From Malacoraja senta (lineage: Eukaryota), in contig JAXLNO010000385.1 of assembly GCA_038087875.1 (NCBI GenBank), positions 1,116,001-1,180,000 on the forward strand: 64,000 nt of DNA, given 5' to 3'. A model generated the notes under the pieces. It ran no database searches, was not told where the DNA came from, and saw nothing but the letters and a program-made list of their open reading frames with translations. Position numbers and translations under genes: made by a program. The first letter of the stretch is position 1. The number at the start of each line of letters is the position of its first letter. Shown in pieces: positions 25,201 to 38,200 of the stretch.

Positions 25201-26572
25201 AGTGCAAACTAACCGAAAGGGCGGGACGCCTAAAAGCGAATGAACCGAAAAGCTGCGTCGCCTAAAAGCAAACTTACCGAATGGCCGTTTTGTCAACACG
25301 CCACCTATCCGAAAGGCAGCGTCGCCAACAAGCCTAAGGACCGACTGCCGCTCAACAGAAAAGTCCAATAACGAACATGACGTAGCCGGGGGCGGGACTT
25401 GTCAGCGATTTGTCCAGACCCCCGCGTCCATCACATCACTGTGAAGGCATGAACATTGTCCCAAACCTCCGCACCACCCAACCCGCAGCCCACGGAGGGT
25501 GGGCGTGGGAGAATGGCGGCTGTTCCGAGGAATGCACACATTCGGCCGCTTTCAACTTGGTGCTTGGGTTCAGATTGCCCAGTCACCTATGGCTTGTGTG
25601 GGAAATGAACCCCACGCTCCCGTCTCCCCCTTCTCTCTCCCCTCTTCCCTCTCTCTCTCTTCTCTCTCTCTCCCTTCTCTTTCTCCCTTCTCTCTCCTCC
25701 TCTCTCTCCCCTCTTCTCTCTTCTCCTCCACGCTGCCCGTAGCGGAGCAAACATTAACCCCACATGTGTTTCCGCCAAAGGAGGTTCAATCCAGATTGCA
25801 ACAAAAGCGTGACGTTCAAAAGATATGGTTCGACAAGACGAGTAAGCCATTGCCACCATTGACCAAAGGACAGGTGGTCCCCTTACAGACTGACAAAGGC
25901 CATGATCGTATTGGGGTGGTGTCTGGTGCCGCTTCGGAGCCACGCTGGTACATTGTTAGAGCCGATGGCGGAACCTACCGACGCAACATCTTCTGCCTGT
26001 GAACGAGTCAAACCCTCCTCCATATTATCCGGATCGTACAAGTTCATTTCAATCTGCATCTAGTTACCCCCGCATGCTCTTGCCAGCACAACAATCCATG
26101 CCTGCGACAGTTCCTCTGTCTGTTCCATCTTCGCCTGCGCCACATTCACCTGCTTCGACTCCAGGGACGTTTGTCCACTCCCCCACGGCGGTGACATCGC
26201 CTGCTCTTTCCCCAGAGAAAATAATGGAGATGGCCTCTATCGTACACGTCCCGGTCGTGTTTGCATGCCGGTCGTGATGTATCCGGACTATGTTTCACTT
26301 TCCACCAGTCTGTCATCGGTTGTGATATTTGCTTTGCTTAGTTATGGATATACATCGTTATTGATTCTTTAAGAGGGGGATGTAGATTCGTGGCTCATGC
26401 TATGTCTTGCATTTGTTGTTACGCCCACTAGCTTGTTAGCGTCGCGGTCTGCTGCATTCCGTTAGTCTTAAATTGAACTCCTAAGTGAGAAGTTGTAGTG
26501 CTTGTAACAAATAAACTCTATATAACCTGACATGGTGTAAGGCCATTGTTATTATAAGGACTACAAATTAAC
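22219..26572 (+). mobile_element. Degenerate Ty3/Gypsy LTR retrotransposon, family 1, copy A'; integrase core missing
   Basis: The 5' LTR remnant is 22219-22284, followed by PBS TGGTGTCAGAGTG at 22285 (tRNA-Leu-like) and the gag ATG at 22364. RT (IVVDDILIAG) is at 23954-24235, RNase H at 24627-25040 and the integrase C-terminal part at ~25750-26000. PPT AAGAGGGGGA is at 26371-26380 and the 3' LTR at 26381-26572. Confidence 0.92.
25057..25610 (+). mobile_element. Unidentified insert with 16/32-bp phased repeats (possible MULE/Foldback-like terminus), copy A'
   Basis: CCGAA occurs at 25117, 25149, (25181 degenerate), 25213, 25245, 25277 and 25309. Confidence 0.4.
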
Positions 26573-26581
26573 AATCTCGAA

Positions 26582-26664
<83 letters not shown>

Positions 26665-27028
26665 TCTCTCTCGCACACGTATCGTATTCATTCAACTCGA
26701 ACTCGAACTCTATCTCGAACTCGAACTCGAACTCTATCTCGAACTCGAACTCGAATTCGAACTCGAACTCGAACTCGTACTCTATCTCGAACTCGATCTC
26801 GAACTTTATATCGAACTCTCTGTCGAACACGAACTCTATCTCGAACACCATCTCGACCTCGAACTCTATCTCGAACTCGAGTTGTAGTTCGATTTGCTGG
26901 CGGAGCACCAAGGCAAATTCCTTGTATGAGAATACTTGGCCCATAAATTAATTAATTCATTCATTCATTCATTGAACTCGAGCTCTATCTCGAACTCGAA
27001 CTATCTCCAACTCCAACTCCAATTCGAT
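26573..27028 (-). repeat. (CT)n and (GAACTC)n satellite
   Basis: Inverse of 11432-12121. Confidence 0.9.
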
Positions 27029-28461
27029 CTGGTCGTGTTCGAAAAAACCTGTGCAGATCAACTGGCTGGAGTTTTACGGATATTTTCAACCTCTCACTTC
27101 TGAGGTCCGAGGTTCCCACCTGCTTCAAAAGGGCATCAATAATACCGGTGCCCAAGAAGAGCAAGGTGACGTGCCTCAATGACTATCGACCAGTGGCACT
27201 AACGCCTGTGGTGATGAAGTGCTTTGAGAGGTTGATCATGGCGCAAATCAAATCCTACCTCGATTTTGCTGGCCCTTCCCTCCGCTCTGGACCACTTGGA
27301 CAACACAAACTCATATGTCAGGCTGTTATTCATTGATTACAGCTCGGCATTTAATACAATCATCCCCTCCAAGCTGGTTACCAAACTCGCAGAACTGGGT
27401 CTCTGCGCATCCCTCTGCAATTGGATCCTCGACTTCCTCATTCACAGACCACAGTCTGTTCGTATTGGTGGAAATGTGTCAGACTGGATAACAATCAGCA
27501 CTGGAGCACCTCAAGGCTGCGTGCTCAGCCCCCTGCTGTACTCACTCTATACTCATGACTTCGTAGCCGGTCATATTGCGAACTCCATCATCAAGTTCGC
27601 TGACGACACCACTGTTGTGGGACGTTTCACTGATGGGGATGAGTCAGAGTATAAAAGAGAGATCGAGCAACTGTCCATATGGTACCAGCACAATAACTTG
27701 GCCCTCAACACCAGCAAAACCGAGGAACTGATTGTGGACTTTAGAAGGAGTAGGATGGGGACCCACAGTCCTGTTTATATCAACGGGTCGATGGTTGAAA
27801 GGGGCAAGAGCTTCTAATTCCTGGGCGTACACATCTCTGAAGATCTTTCCTGGTCCGAGAACACTTATGCAATTATTAAGAAAGCACATCAGCGCCTCTA
27901 CTTCCTGAGAAGATTACGGAGGGTCAGTTTGTCAAGGAGGACGCTCTCGAACTTCTACAGGTGCACAGTAGAGAGCATGCTGACCGGTTGCATCGTGGCT
28001 TGGTTCGGCAACTTGATCGCCCTGGAGAGGAAAAGACTACAAAAAGTAATAAACACTGCTCAGTCCATCATCGGCTCTGACCTCCCTTCCATCGAGGGGA
28101 TCTATCGCAGTCGCTGCCTCAAAAAGGCTGTCAGTATCATCAAGGAACCACACCATTCTGGCCACACACTCATCTCCCTGCTACCTTCAGGTATAAGGTA
28201 CAGGAGCCTGAAGACTGCAATGACCAGGTTCAGGAATAGCTACTTCTCCACAGCCTTTTAAACTTAACTCGGACAAAACTCCGAACATTAATAGTCCATT
28301 ATCTGTTATTTGTACTTTTTGCGTAGATAATGGTATATGGACACACTGATCTGTTTTGTAGTCAATGCCTACTATGTTCTGTTGTGCTGAAGCAAAGCAA
28401 GAATTTCATTGTCCTATCAGGGACACATGACAATAAAGTCTCTTGATTCTTGATTCTTGAA
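27029..28461 (+). mobile_element. 5'-truncated Rex1/Babar LINE, copy 3
   Basis: ORFs 27148-27336, 27266-27817 (FADD) and 27929-28261. It has the same TAA after KSF, an internal deletion near 27263, and a (TTCTTGA)n tail. Confidence 0.92.
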
Positions 28462-28641
28462 CTCATACTCTAACGCGAAATCCTACTCTATCTCGAACTC
28501 GAACTCTATCTCGAACTCGAGTTTGAGTTCGACGCGTGCGGAGCACCAAGGCAACTTCCCTGTATGTGAGTACTAGGCCAATAAACGTGTTCATTCATTC
28601 ATTCAATTCGAACTCGAGCTCGAACTTGATCTCGAACTCGA

Positions 28642-29322
28642 GAAAAACTGTTGATGGAAAGACAGGGTGGGTATAATTTGAGAGGGGAAAATAATTTTTA
28701 AAAACACAATATCAGAACAACTCTTAAAATTATGTGCATAGCAATCTGTGGGGTGAATTTGTGGAATGGTCTGGAACAGGAGATAAAGCTTAGCACAAAC
28801 ATAATTCAGTTTAAAAAGATGTACAAAAACACTTTAAAAAAAAAGGATATTGGGATGAGAATAGGTGATTGTGAGTGGGATATTTGTTATACTGATTCTA
28901 TCGGGAAGGGTGATTATAGGGTGATGGGTTGTATATATGACTGAGGGATACTGTATAGTATATGAGGGTCTTTTCTTTTCTTTTTTCTTATCTCTTTTTT
29001 TGTGTGGCTTTGTAAATATTTCATTAGTGTATAAATGTAAATAAGTTGCTGTACATATAGCTGCTGGTGTACATATGGTGTACATATAGCTGCTAAATAT
29101 GCATAAAATAATTATAAGCAGTTGAATAAGGGGGTGGGAAATAATAAGCTTTGGCTTCTTCCTGCTCCTTTTCGGACACATACGATTTCATTTATTTATA
29201 GATATTGTTTATGACACTTTATAAATATTCTTGTTTTGTTTTTTTGTATGCTGTTTCACACGCTTTTTATTCTTTTATTCTGTTCGAAATAAAGAATTAA
29301 ATAAAATAAAAATAAAATAAGG
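28642..29322 (+). mobile_element. L2-group LINE 3' fragment, copy 3
   Basis: ORF 28732-28944 reads MCIAICGVNLWNGLEQEIK..QFKK. The tail is (AATAA)n. Confidence 0.7.
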
Positions 29323-32240
29323 TCTATCTCGAACTCGAACGAACTCGAACTCGAACTCTATCTCGAACTGGAACCCGAACTCGCCCTCTATCACGAACTC
29401 GAATTCGAACTCGAACTCGAACTCGAATACGCGGACCAGCAAAGCAAATTCCTTGTTTGTGAATACTTGGCCATTAAATGTATTCATTCATTTATTCATT
29501 CATTCATTCATTCATTCATTCATTCATTCATTCATTCATTCATTCATTCATTCATTCATTCATTCATTCATTCATTTATTCATTCATTCATTCATTCATT
29601 CATTGAACTCGAACTCTATCACGAACTCCAACTCTATCGCGACATCAAAATCTATCTCGAACTCGAACTCTATCGCGAACTCGATCTCGAACTCGAACTG
29701 TTTCTTGAACTCGAACTCTATCTCTAACTCGAACTATCTCGAACTCCAACTCCAACTCCAACATCAAATTGAACTCGAACTCTATCACAAACTCTATCTC
29801 TAACGAACTCGAACTCGAAATCGAACTCGAACACGGATTAGATCTCGAACTCGAACACGTACTCTATCTCGAACTCGAGTTGGAGTTCGGCTTGCTGGCG
29901 GACCATCAAGGATAATTCTTTGTATGTGAATACTTGGCCAATATATGTATTTATTAATTAATTCATTCATTAATTATTTCATTAATTCATTCATTCATTC
30001 ATTCATTCATTCATTCATTCATTCATTCATCCATTCATTCATTCATTCATTCATTCAACTCGAACTCGAACTCGAACTCGAACTCGAACTCGAACTCGAA
30101 CTCAAACTCTATCTCGAACACCATCTCGACCTCGAACTCTATTTCAAAATCGAGTTGGAGTTCGACTTGCGGGCGGAGCACCAAGGCAAATTCCTTGTAT
30201 GTGAAGACTTGGCCAATAATTTCATTCATTCATTCAACTCGAATTCGAACTCTAACTGTATCTCGAACTCTATCTCGAACTCTCTCTCTCGAACTAGAAC
30301 TCGATCTCGAACTCGAACTCGAACTCGTCCTCGAACTCGAAGTCGAACTATATCTCGAACTCGAACTCTATCGAACTCCAACTCCAATTCCAACACGAAC
30401 TTGGACAAACTCTATCACGAACTCGTACTCGAACTCGAACTCGAACTCGAACTCGAACTCCAATTCCAACTCGAACTTGATCTCGAACTATCTCGAACTC
30501 TTTCAGGAACTCTAGCTCGACCTCGAACACTATCTCGAACTCTAACTCTCTCGAACTATATGTCGAAATCAATCCCCAACTCGAAATCCAACTCTATCTC
30601 GAACTCGAATTCGAACGAATTCGAATTCTATCTCGAACTTTATCTCGAACTCGAACTCGAACTCTCTCTCGAACTCGAACTCGAACTATCTCGAACTCCT
30701 ACTCCAAATCCAACTCCAACTCGTAATTGAACTCGAACTCTTTCACGAACTCTATCTCGAAATCGAACTATATCGAACTGGAACTCTTATCTCGAACTCG
30801 ACCTCTATCACGAACTCTCAATCGAACGCGAACTCGATCTCGAACTCTCTCGAATTCGAACTCTATTTCGTTCAGACCGAAAGGTCTGAATGACAATAAA
30901 GGAAATCTTGAATCTTGAATCTCGAACGCGAACTCGATCTCGAACTCGAACTCGAACTCGAACTCTATCTCGAACTCGAATTGGTATCTCGAACTCGAAC
31001 TCTATCTCTCTCTCTCTCTCTCTGGAACTCTACCTCAAACCCTATCTCGAACGCGAACTATCTCGAATTATCTCGAACGCGAACTCGATCTCGAACTCGA
31101 ACTCGAACTCTATCTTGAACTTGAACTCGCTGTTGTGGGACTCCTACTGGAACTCGAAATCTATCTCTCTAGGATCGCAAAATCGAGTTCCAGTTCAACT
31201 TGCGGGCGGAGCACCAAAGCAACTTCCGTGTATGTGAATACATGGCCAATGAACGTATTCATTCATTCATTCATTCATTCATTCATTCATTCATTCATTC
31301 ATGCATTCAGTCAACTCGAACTCGAACTCTATCTCGAACTCGAACTCTCTCTCGAACTCAAACTCAAAATCTATCTCGAACTCGAACTCGAATTCGATCT
31401 CGAACTCGAGTTTGATTTCGACTTACGGGCGGAGCACCGAGGCAAAAACCTAGTATGTGAATACTTGGCCAATAAACGTATTCATTCATTCATTCATTTA
31501 ACTCGAACTCGAGCTCGAACTTGAACTCGAACTCGAACTCGAACTCGAACTCGTACTCTATCTCGAACTCAAACTATCTCGAACTCGAGTTTGAGTTTGA
31601 CTTGCTTGCGGACCTCCAAGGCAAATCTCTTGTATGTGAATACTTGGCCAATAAATTCATTCATTCATTCATTCATTCATTCATTCATTCATTCATTCAT
31701 TCGTTCATTCATTCAACTCGAACTCGAATTAGAACTCGAACCGTATAGCGAACAACAACTCTATCTCGACATCGACCTCAATCTCGAACTCGAACTCGAA
31801 TTCGAACGGACTCTATCTCGAACTCGAACTCTATCTGGAACTCGAACTCGATCTATAACTCGATCTCGAACTATATATCGATCTCTCTGTCGAACACAAA
31901 CTCTATCTCGAACACCATCTCGACCTCGAACTCTATTTAAAACTCGAGTTGGAGTTCCACTTGCGGGCGGAGCACCAAGGCGAATTCCTTGTATGTGAAG
32001 ACTTGGCCAATAAATTCATTCATTCATTCATTCGTTCATTCATTCATTCATTCATTCATTCATTCATTCATTCATTCATTCAATTCTAACTCGAGCTCGA
32101 ACTTGAACTAGAACTCGAACTCTATCTGGAACTCGAATTCGAACTAACTGTATATCTCTCTCTATCTCGAACTCTCTCTCTCTCTCTCGAACTCGATCTC
32201 GAACACGATCTCGAACTCGTACTCGAACTCGAAGTCGAAC
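29323..32240 (-). repeat. (GAACTC)n satellite with (ATTC)n and LINE tips (inverted copy of part A)
   Basis: Reverse complement of blocks in 91-2240 and 7322-9070. Confidence 0.95.
30867..30919 (+). mobile_element. ~50-bp LINE 3' tip (hairpin, AATAAA and ATCTTGA tail)
   Basis: Reads cgttcagacc-gaaa-ggtctgaatg acaataaa ggaaatcttgaatcttga. Absent at the homologous sites ~2445 and ~7525. Confidence 0.7.
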
Positions 32241-32285
32241 AAAATCTCCGTCTCAACTCTTTCACTCCCTCCCCTCCCCTCCAAT

Positions 32286-32331
<46 letters not shown>

Positions 32332-33522
32332 TCCGCGTCTCTCTCACCCCCTCCCGTCTGTCTCTCCCTCTCCTCGTCACTCACTCTCGCTCTGCGTCTC
32401 GGCGTTTGTCGCAGCAGGAAGGAGGGCGTGTCTGTCAGAAAAAGTCAGAGAGAGAAAGTGACGGGGCGAGAGAGAGAGGGTGTAGAGAGGAAGGTACAGA
32501 GAGGATAGAGAGAGAGAGAAGGGTCGCGAGATGGAGACGGAGGGAGGGATGGAGAGACTGGAGAGAGAGGTGCCAAAGATGGAGACGGAGGGAATGAGAG
32601 ACGGGAGAGTGAGAGGGGGAAGTAGAGAGAGACGGGGAGAGAGAGACTGGGAGGGAGAGAGGGAGACATGGATGGGGCGAGCGAGAGAAGAGGGGAGGAA
32701 GGGAGAGACGGGGAAGAGAGGAGAGAGAGAGATGGTGGAGGGAGGGAGAGACGGGGAGAGAGCGAGTGAGAAACGGGGAGAGGGAGGGGGAGACGGGGAG
32801 GGGGAAGTGGAGGAGGGGAGAATGATGGGCAGATCGAGAGTGACGGAGGGGGGAGAGGGTTGTGGAAGTAATACAACGGAATCAGGCCCTTCGGTCAACT
32901 TGCTCACACTGACAAAAATGCTCCATTTACACTTATCCCACCTGCCCGCGTTTGGCCCATATCCCTCCAAACCTGTGCTATCCATGTACCTGTCCAAACG
33001 ATGTGATAGTCCCTGTCCCAACTACATCTTCCGGCAGCTGTTCCATAAAACCCACCACCCTCTGTGTGGAAAAGTTACCCCTCAGATTCCTATTAAATCT
33101 TTTCCGCTGTAAATGAGAGAATTAGGGGAGGGCACCTGTATATATACCTTTAAACCTGTCTTATCCATGTACCAGTCCAAATGTCAAACGTTGATTCAAT
33201 GAGATCCCCCCTCGTTCTTCTGAACTTCAGTGAGTACAGGTCCAGTGCCGACAAACGCTCATCATATGTTGAGCACAGGTTATTAACCTGGGCACGACAT
33301 GGCTTAACATAGACAAACACAATTCTGGCGGAACTTAGCGGGACATGCAGCATTTCTGAGGAGAATGAATGGGACATGATTCGGGTCGAGACCGTTCTTC
33401 ATACGAGATCCCATCTCTCACTTCCTCCACTCCCCGTCTCGCTCTCTCCCTCTCCCAGGCCTTCTACTCTCTCCCTCTCTCTCTCTCCTCCCCTCCCAAT
33501 CCTTCTCTCTCCACCCCCGTTT

Positions 33523-33577
<55 letters not shown>

Positions 33578-33725
33578 GCTCTCTCTCCCTCTCTCTCTCT
33601 CTCGCTCCCTCTATCTCCTTTCTCCACTATCTCCCCCACTCTACCCCCTCTCTCCCCATCTCTCTCCCCAGCGGGTCTCTGGCGCTGTGAGAGCAACGCT
33701 ACCACTCGGATTTAGGGGAGGGCAC
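32241..33725 (-). repeat. Composite module: GA tract, CR1 3' end (32868-33106), CR1 fragment, degenerate Penelope hammerhead (~33372-33402) and CT tract
   Basis: Inverse of ~57470-58890. Confidence 0.75.
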
Positions 33726-33982
33726 TGTAAAGAAGCTTTAACGAGACATCGTTACTTTACTATCTTTATTCATAATGGAGCATTACATATTGCACTAGCT
33801 GAACGTGGTCTGTCACAGGAACTAAAGAGCGATCTGTGGGTGGGGAGGTTGTAGTTATACTTGTGATATGGGGAGTTGTTAGTAGTGATGAGGTCACTAT
33901 ATTAAAGGCGCATGCATTTATCATCTACATCCTTCCCCTTCGAAACGACAGCCAAATACAATAGTGACAGGGCGACCACGGC

Positions 33983-35809
33983 TCATGCGCTAGGACAGTT
34001 AAACAAAATCGCCATAGCGGACAGGCGGTTTGAGAAGACGTCCCGACCGGGGTCGCATCTCGCCATCCTCCCTTCCGGCAGGAAGAAGAGGCACCGACGG
34101 GGGCAGACGAACCTGAAAGGGGGAAGCGGGGGAGACGGAGGAGACCGCGGCACCAAAAGCGGAGGTGATGCTGGATCAGGAGCGGGCAGAGCACGGGCAG
34201 GCGAGCGAGGACTAGCCGGAGTAGGGTGGGACGGAAGGAGTTGAGGTGGTGTAGACCGTTGCATGTTTGGAAGGACGGGCAGAGCATCGCCCGGACGCGA
34301 AATCGGCAGTGGGGGAGCGAAGGGATCCGCGGCAGGAGGACGCGGCTCGTTGACGAGCCGAAGGTGCTGGCGGGACCGTCGGTAAATGGCTCCCGCATGG
34401 TCTACGAGATAAGTCCTGGGCGACCCCGCAGAGCCGACGACGGTAGCGAGCTTGGAGTGACCGGAAGGGGTCTGCATACGGACAACTTGACCGGGGAAGA
34501 GGCGCGGCAGCGGGTGGCAGGTCCTGTCATGGGAACGCATTTGGACATCGTACCTGAAGGCAATGCGTTTCTGAACCGCCGCAGGCGTGAGGACAGACGG
34601 TATGAGTGAGCGCTGGGCCACAGGGAGCGGGAGTCTGGTAGCGCGAGACATGAGCCGCTGAGCAGGGGAACCCATGGCAGAGTCGCGGGAATCGTTGCGG
34701 AGATTGAGGAGGGCCAGATAGAAATCGGAGTTAATGCCACCACATTGTTCCAGCAGGTTCTTCGCACTGCGGACGGCGCGCTCGGCCAGACCGTTGCTTT
34801 GCGGGTACTCCGGGCTGCTGGTGATATGGTGGAAGTTCCATCTGGAAGCGAACGCTTTAAACTCGGAGCTCGTAAACTGGCTGCCATTGTCCGACTGCAG
34901 GCTTGCCGGGGGGCCAAAAGTGCCAAAATGAGGGTATAACCTGTCGATGATGGCTGAAGAGGTTAGGGAGTGCAGCCGGTCGACCACAAACCAGCTGGAG
35001 TAGGAGTCAACGAGAACCAGGAAGTGTTTGCCTCGCCACTCGAAAATGTCGATGGCAACCGCCATCCAGGGCAGTTCGGGCGCGGGCTGCTGCAGAAGCG
35101 GCTGGCGCTGCTGGTGGGGGGCGAGACTGTTGCAGGTGGAACACGAGGAGACCCTCTCCCGGATGTATTTGGCCATTCCCGGCCAATAGAACTGGCTCCG
35201 GGCGAGAGACACGGTGGCTTCGGCTCCAGGATGTCCGCGGTGAGCGACCTGAAAATAGTGGTCGTGCAGCGCAGCGGGCACGACCACCTTGTGACCCTTC
35301 ACCACCACGCCATCGTGTAGTACGAGCTCGTCACGGACCAGGAAGTAGGGCACGGCGCCAGCCGGCAGCGCGGAACGACGGTCGGGCCAGCCCCGCTGGA
35401 TGACGGCAGAAAGCTGTTGCAGGGCAGGGTGATTGGTAGTGTGTTCAACCAGTGACTTCATCTGCTGTGAAGGGACGATGTTCACTTCGTGCACCATTAC
35501 ATCAGACATCTCATATGGGTGGCGAACGGTGGACGTTAGCGGGGCGCGAGACAGCGTGTCGGCCACGAACATGTCCTTGCCCTTACGATAAACCACAGTG
35601 AACGTGAAGCGTTGGAGCTGCAGCATCATGCGCTGTAGGCGTGATGAGGCGGCATGGATCGACTTGTTGAGAATGGTGACAAGCGGCTGGTGGTCAGTTT
35701 CAATGGTGAAAGTGTTGCCCAGGATGTAGTCTTTGACTTTGGAGCAGGCAAACACCACGGCCAGTAGCTCCTTCTCGATCTGCGCGTAGTGCTGTTCGGT
35801 GGTGGTCAT
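33983..35809 (-). pseudogene. pol: Gypsy pol: RNase H and integrase
   Basis: Motifs YAQIEKELLAVVF, TDHQPL, HRGHPG..CSTC (HHCC), VDSYS, SDNGSQF and PQSNGLAE. Confidence 0.92.
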
Positions 35810-35960
35810 GGTGCGGGATGCGAAGGAGACAGGCAGCAGTAGGCCGTCATGGACCTGGAGACAGGCGGCACCGAGTCCGAACTGAGAGGCGTCGCAGGTG
35901 AGGACAATCGGACGCTGCAGATCAAAAAACTTGAGTGTGGGGGTGCTGATTAGCTTCGAT

Positions 35961-37436
35961 TTAAGGATGTCGAATGCTGTCTGGTGGTGGGGGAACCAAG
36001 CCCAGGACGTGTCCTTTTTTTATCAAATCCCTCAGGGGAGCGCTGAGCTCGCTGAGGGCGGGGATGAACTTCCCCAGGTAGTTTACCATGCCCAGGAAGC
36101 GTTGTAGGCCTGCCACATTAGTAGGAGGAGGCATCCCGGAGATGGCAGCCGTTTTTTGCGGGTCTGGTTTTAGCCCCTCGGCGGTGAATATATGTCCAAC
36201 ATAGGTGACCTCCGGGACGCGAAATCGGCACTTCTTGAGGTTCAGTTTCAAGTTGATTTCCCGGGCCCGGTCCAGGACCTGGCGGAGGTTGACATCGCGT
36301 TCGGCAACGTCCTTACCGTAAACGAGGATGTCGTCAACGATGATGGCGCATGGTCGATCTGAAAACAGCTGCTCCATTGTCCGTTGAAATACCTCGCGGG
36401 CAGAGTTGATTCCGAATGGCATTCGGAGAAACCGAAATCCGCCGAAGGGGGTGGCGAAAGATGTCAAAATGGACGACTGCTCGTCAAGTGGTATTTGCCA
36501 GAAGGAGCTTTTGGCATCGAGGACATAAATAACCGTTGCCGGGCCAACCTGTGCAGCGACTTCTTCTTCCGTTCTCCTAGGGTAGTGCGGGCGTCTAATG
36601 GCCAGGTTGAGGTCTTTGGGGTTGATGCAGATGCGTATCTCGCTCTTGTCCTTTTTCGCGGCAACAACCAGGGTAGAGACCCACCTGGTGGGCTCGATGA
36701 CCGCCTTTAGGATGCCCATTTTTACCATACTCTGTAGTGTCGACTCCACTCTGGCCCTCATGGCGAAGGAGACACGGTGAGCTCCATTGACCACTGGATC
36801 GACCTTACGGTCCACTACAATCTTGTACCTGCAGGGCAGTTTGCCCAGCGCATCATCAAAGCGGTCGGGATATTCGGCCAACGGGTCCATGAGGGCCTGC
36901 ACCTGGTGGATGTCACGGTGGAAGGATACCAGGCCCATTTCCTGGCATGCCGGGATACCCAGCAGCGTAATGCATTTTCGATCGAGGAGATAGAAGGTGA
37001 GGGGCCGAGAGGACTGTAGTATCTTGCAGCTTAGCGTAGCCTTGCCCACAGGAGTAAGAATCGCGCCCCCGTAGGCATGCAAGGTTGAGCTGTCAGAAAA
37101 AATCTGCTCATTAGTTCTTATCTGTTTGAAGAGTGATGTTGACATAACGTTCGCAACTGCCCCGGTGTCAATCTTAGCAGTGAAGGTCGAGTTGTTCACA
37201 GTGACTCGCACAGAAGGGTCCGTTATCATAGCAGGTGCGCCCAACACAGTATACAAGCTGTTCTCCCCCTGAGAGGAGTCGGATTCAGATACAGACTGTT
37301 CGTAGAAATAGCACGGGGAGCTAAACTCATTATCAGTTTGTAAAAGGTTGTTTACATTGCCCTCGGAGTAGCGACAGGCTTCCCACGGGAACGGTAGGCC
37401 GCAGCGAAATGGTTCAATTTCTTGCAGACATTGCAC
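35961..37436 (-). pseudogene. pol: Gypsy pol: aspartic protease and reverse transcriptase
   Basis: Motifs KIDTGA, LDAKSSFWQI, RMPFGI, IIVDDILVYG and FLGMVNYL. Confidence 0.92.
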
Positions 37437-37462
37437 GTTTTACCCAAGGCAGGGCACAAATT

Positions 37463-38200
37463 TTATTGATGAGTGGTGAAGTTGCAGTTAGGGCACCTTT
37501 GCCGGGCACCTCCTCCTGGAGCAGTACCGAACCCCGGGGCGCGTCCCCCTTGAGCAGCGAGCGACCTCGGGGGCAGCGACCGGGGCGTGTTCATCAGACG
37601 ACTGGAAGTGCTGGCAAGGTTAATCGCCTGGTCAGCCGGTGACACCGCCGAGGTGACAGCCTCAGCTAAGCGGGTGGCGTGCATCGAATCGTTGAAAGTC
37701 AGATCGGTCTTCCGCAGAAGTTCGGCCCTGAGCTTATCATCGCGGAGACCGTAAACCAGAAGGTCCCTGATAATCTCCTCGGGGGTCAACGTGTTGAGGC
37801 GGCAGCGCCTGGCCAGGTGTCGCAGCGTAGAGACATAGTTCTCTGCAGATTCCCCAGGGAGCTGACGCCGCGCGAACAGTTTAAAACGTTCTAAGATGCA
37901 GTTTGTTGGAATATCACAAATAGCATTAAACTTAGCCACCAGACATACCGGGTCCCGAGCAGATTCTCCCGCAGCGTAGACGAAGAAATCAGATCGAGTC
38001 AGGGCCTCGGTACCAGCCAAGTTGAGAAGCAGAGAGGCTTTGATCTCTGGGGTGGCGGCAGGATGAGCGATCGTGACATCGTGTTCAAAGTCACGTTTGA
38101 AGACATCCCAATGAAGGACAATGTCTAAATCGAAAACGAGCACATCAGGCTTACGGGCAGAAGTGGCCATAACGAGGAAATGAGAAGGCAGGGGAAACAA
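37463..38200 (-). pseudogene. gag: Gypsy gag (stop inside first zinc knuckle)
   Basis: Reads ERFKLFARRQLPGESAENY..LRHLARRC..IRDLLVYGL..CPNCNFTTHQ*. The frame continues NLCPALGKTCNVCKKLNH past the stop. Confidence 0.88.

Noticed and set aside
25057..25345. Hammerhead or CRISPR reading of the CCGAA/GAAA repeats
   Set aside because: There is no CTGANGA partner motif, and the conserved part is only ~5 bp.
26533..26545. Second PBS (TGGTGT) after ..cctgaca, suggesting a tandem Gypsy
   Set aside because: The sequence aligns with the end of the 5' LTR remnant, so it lies inside the 3' LTR, which ends at 26572.
240..32000. ORFs rich in NS, EL, RT, FE or FIHS repeats
   Set aside because: These are translations of (GAGTTC)n and (GAAT)n, which lack stop codons in several frames.
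33983..35809. Domesticated integrase-derived host gene (608-aa ORF)
   Set aside because: It lies between two LTRs with a TSD, is absent from the paralogous site, and is simply pol downstream of a 1-bp frameshift.
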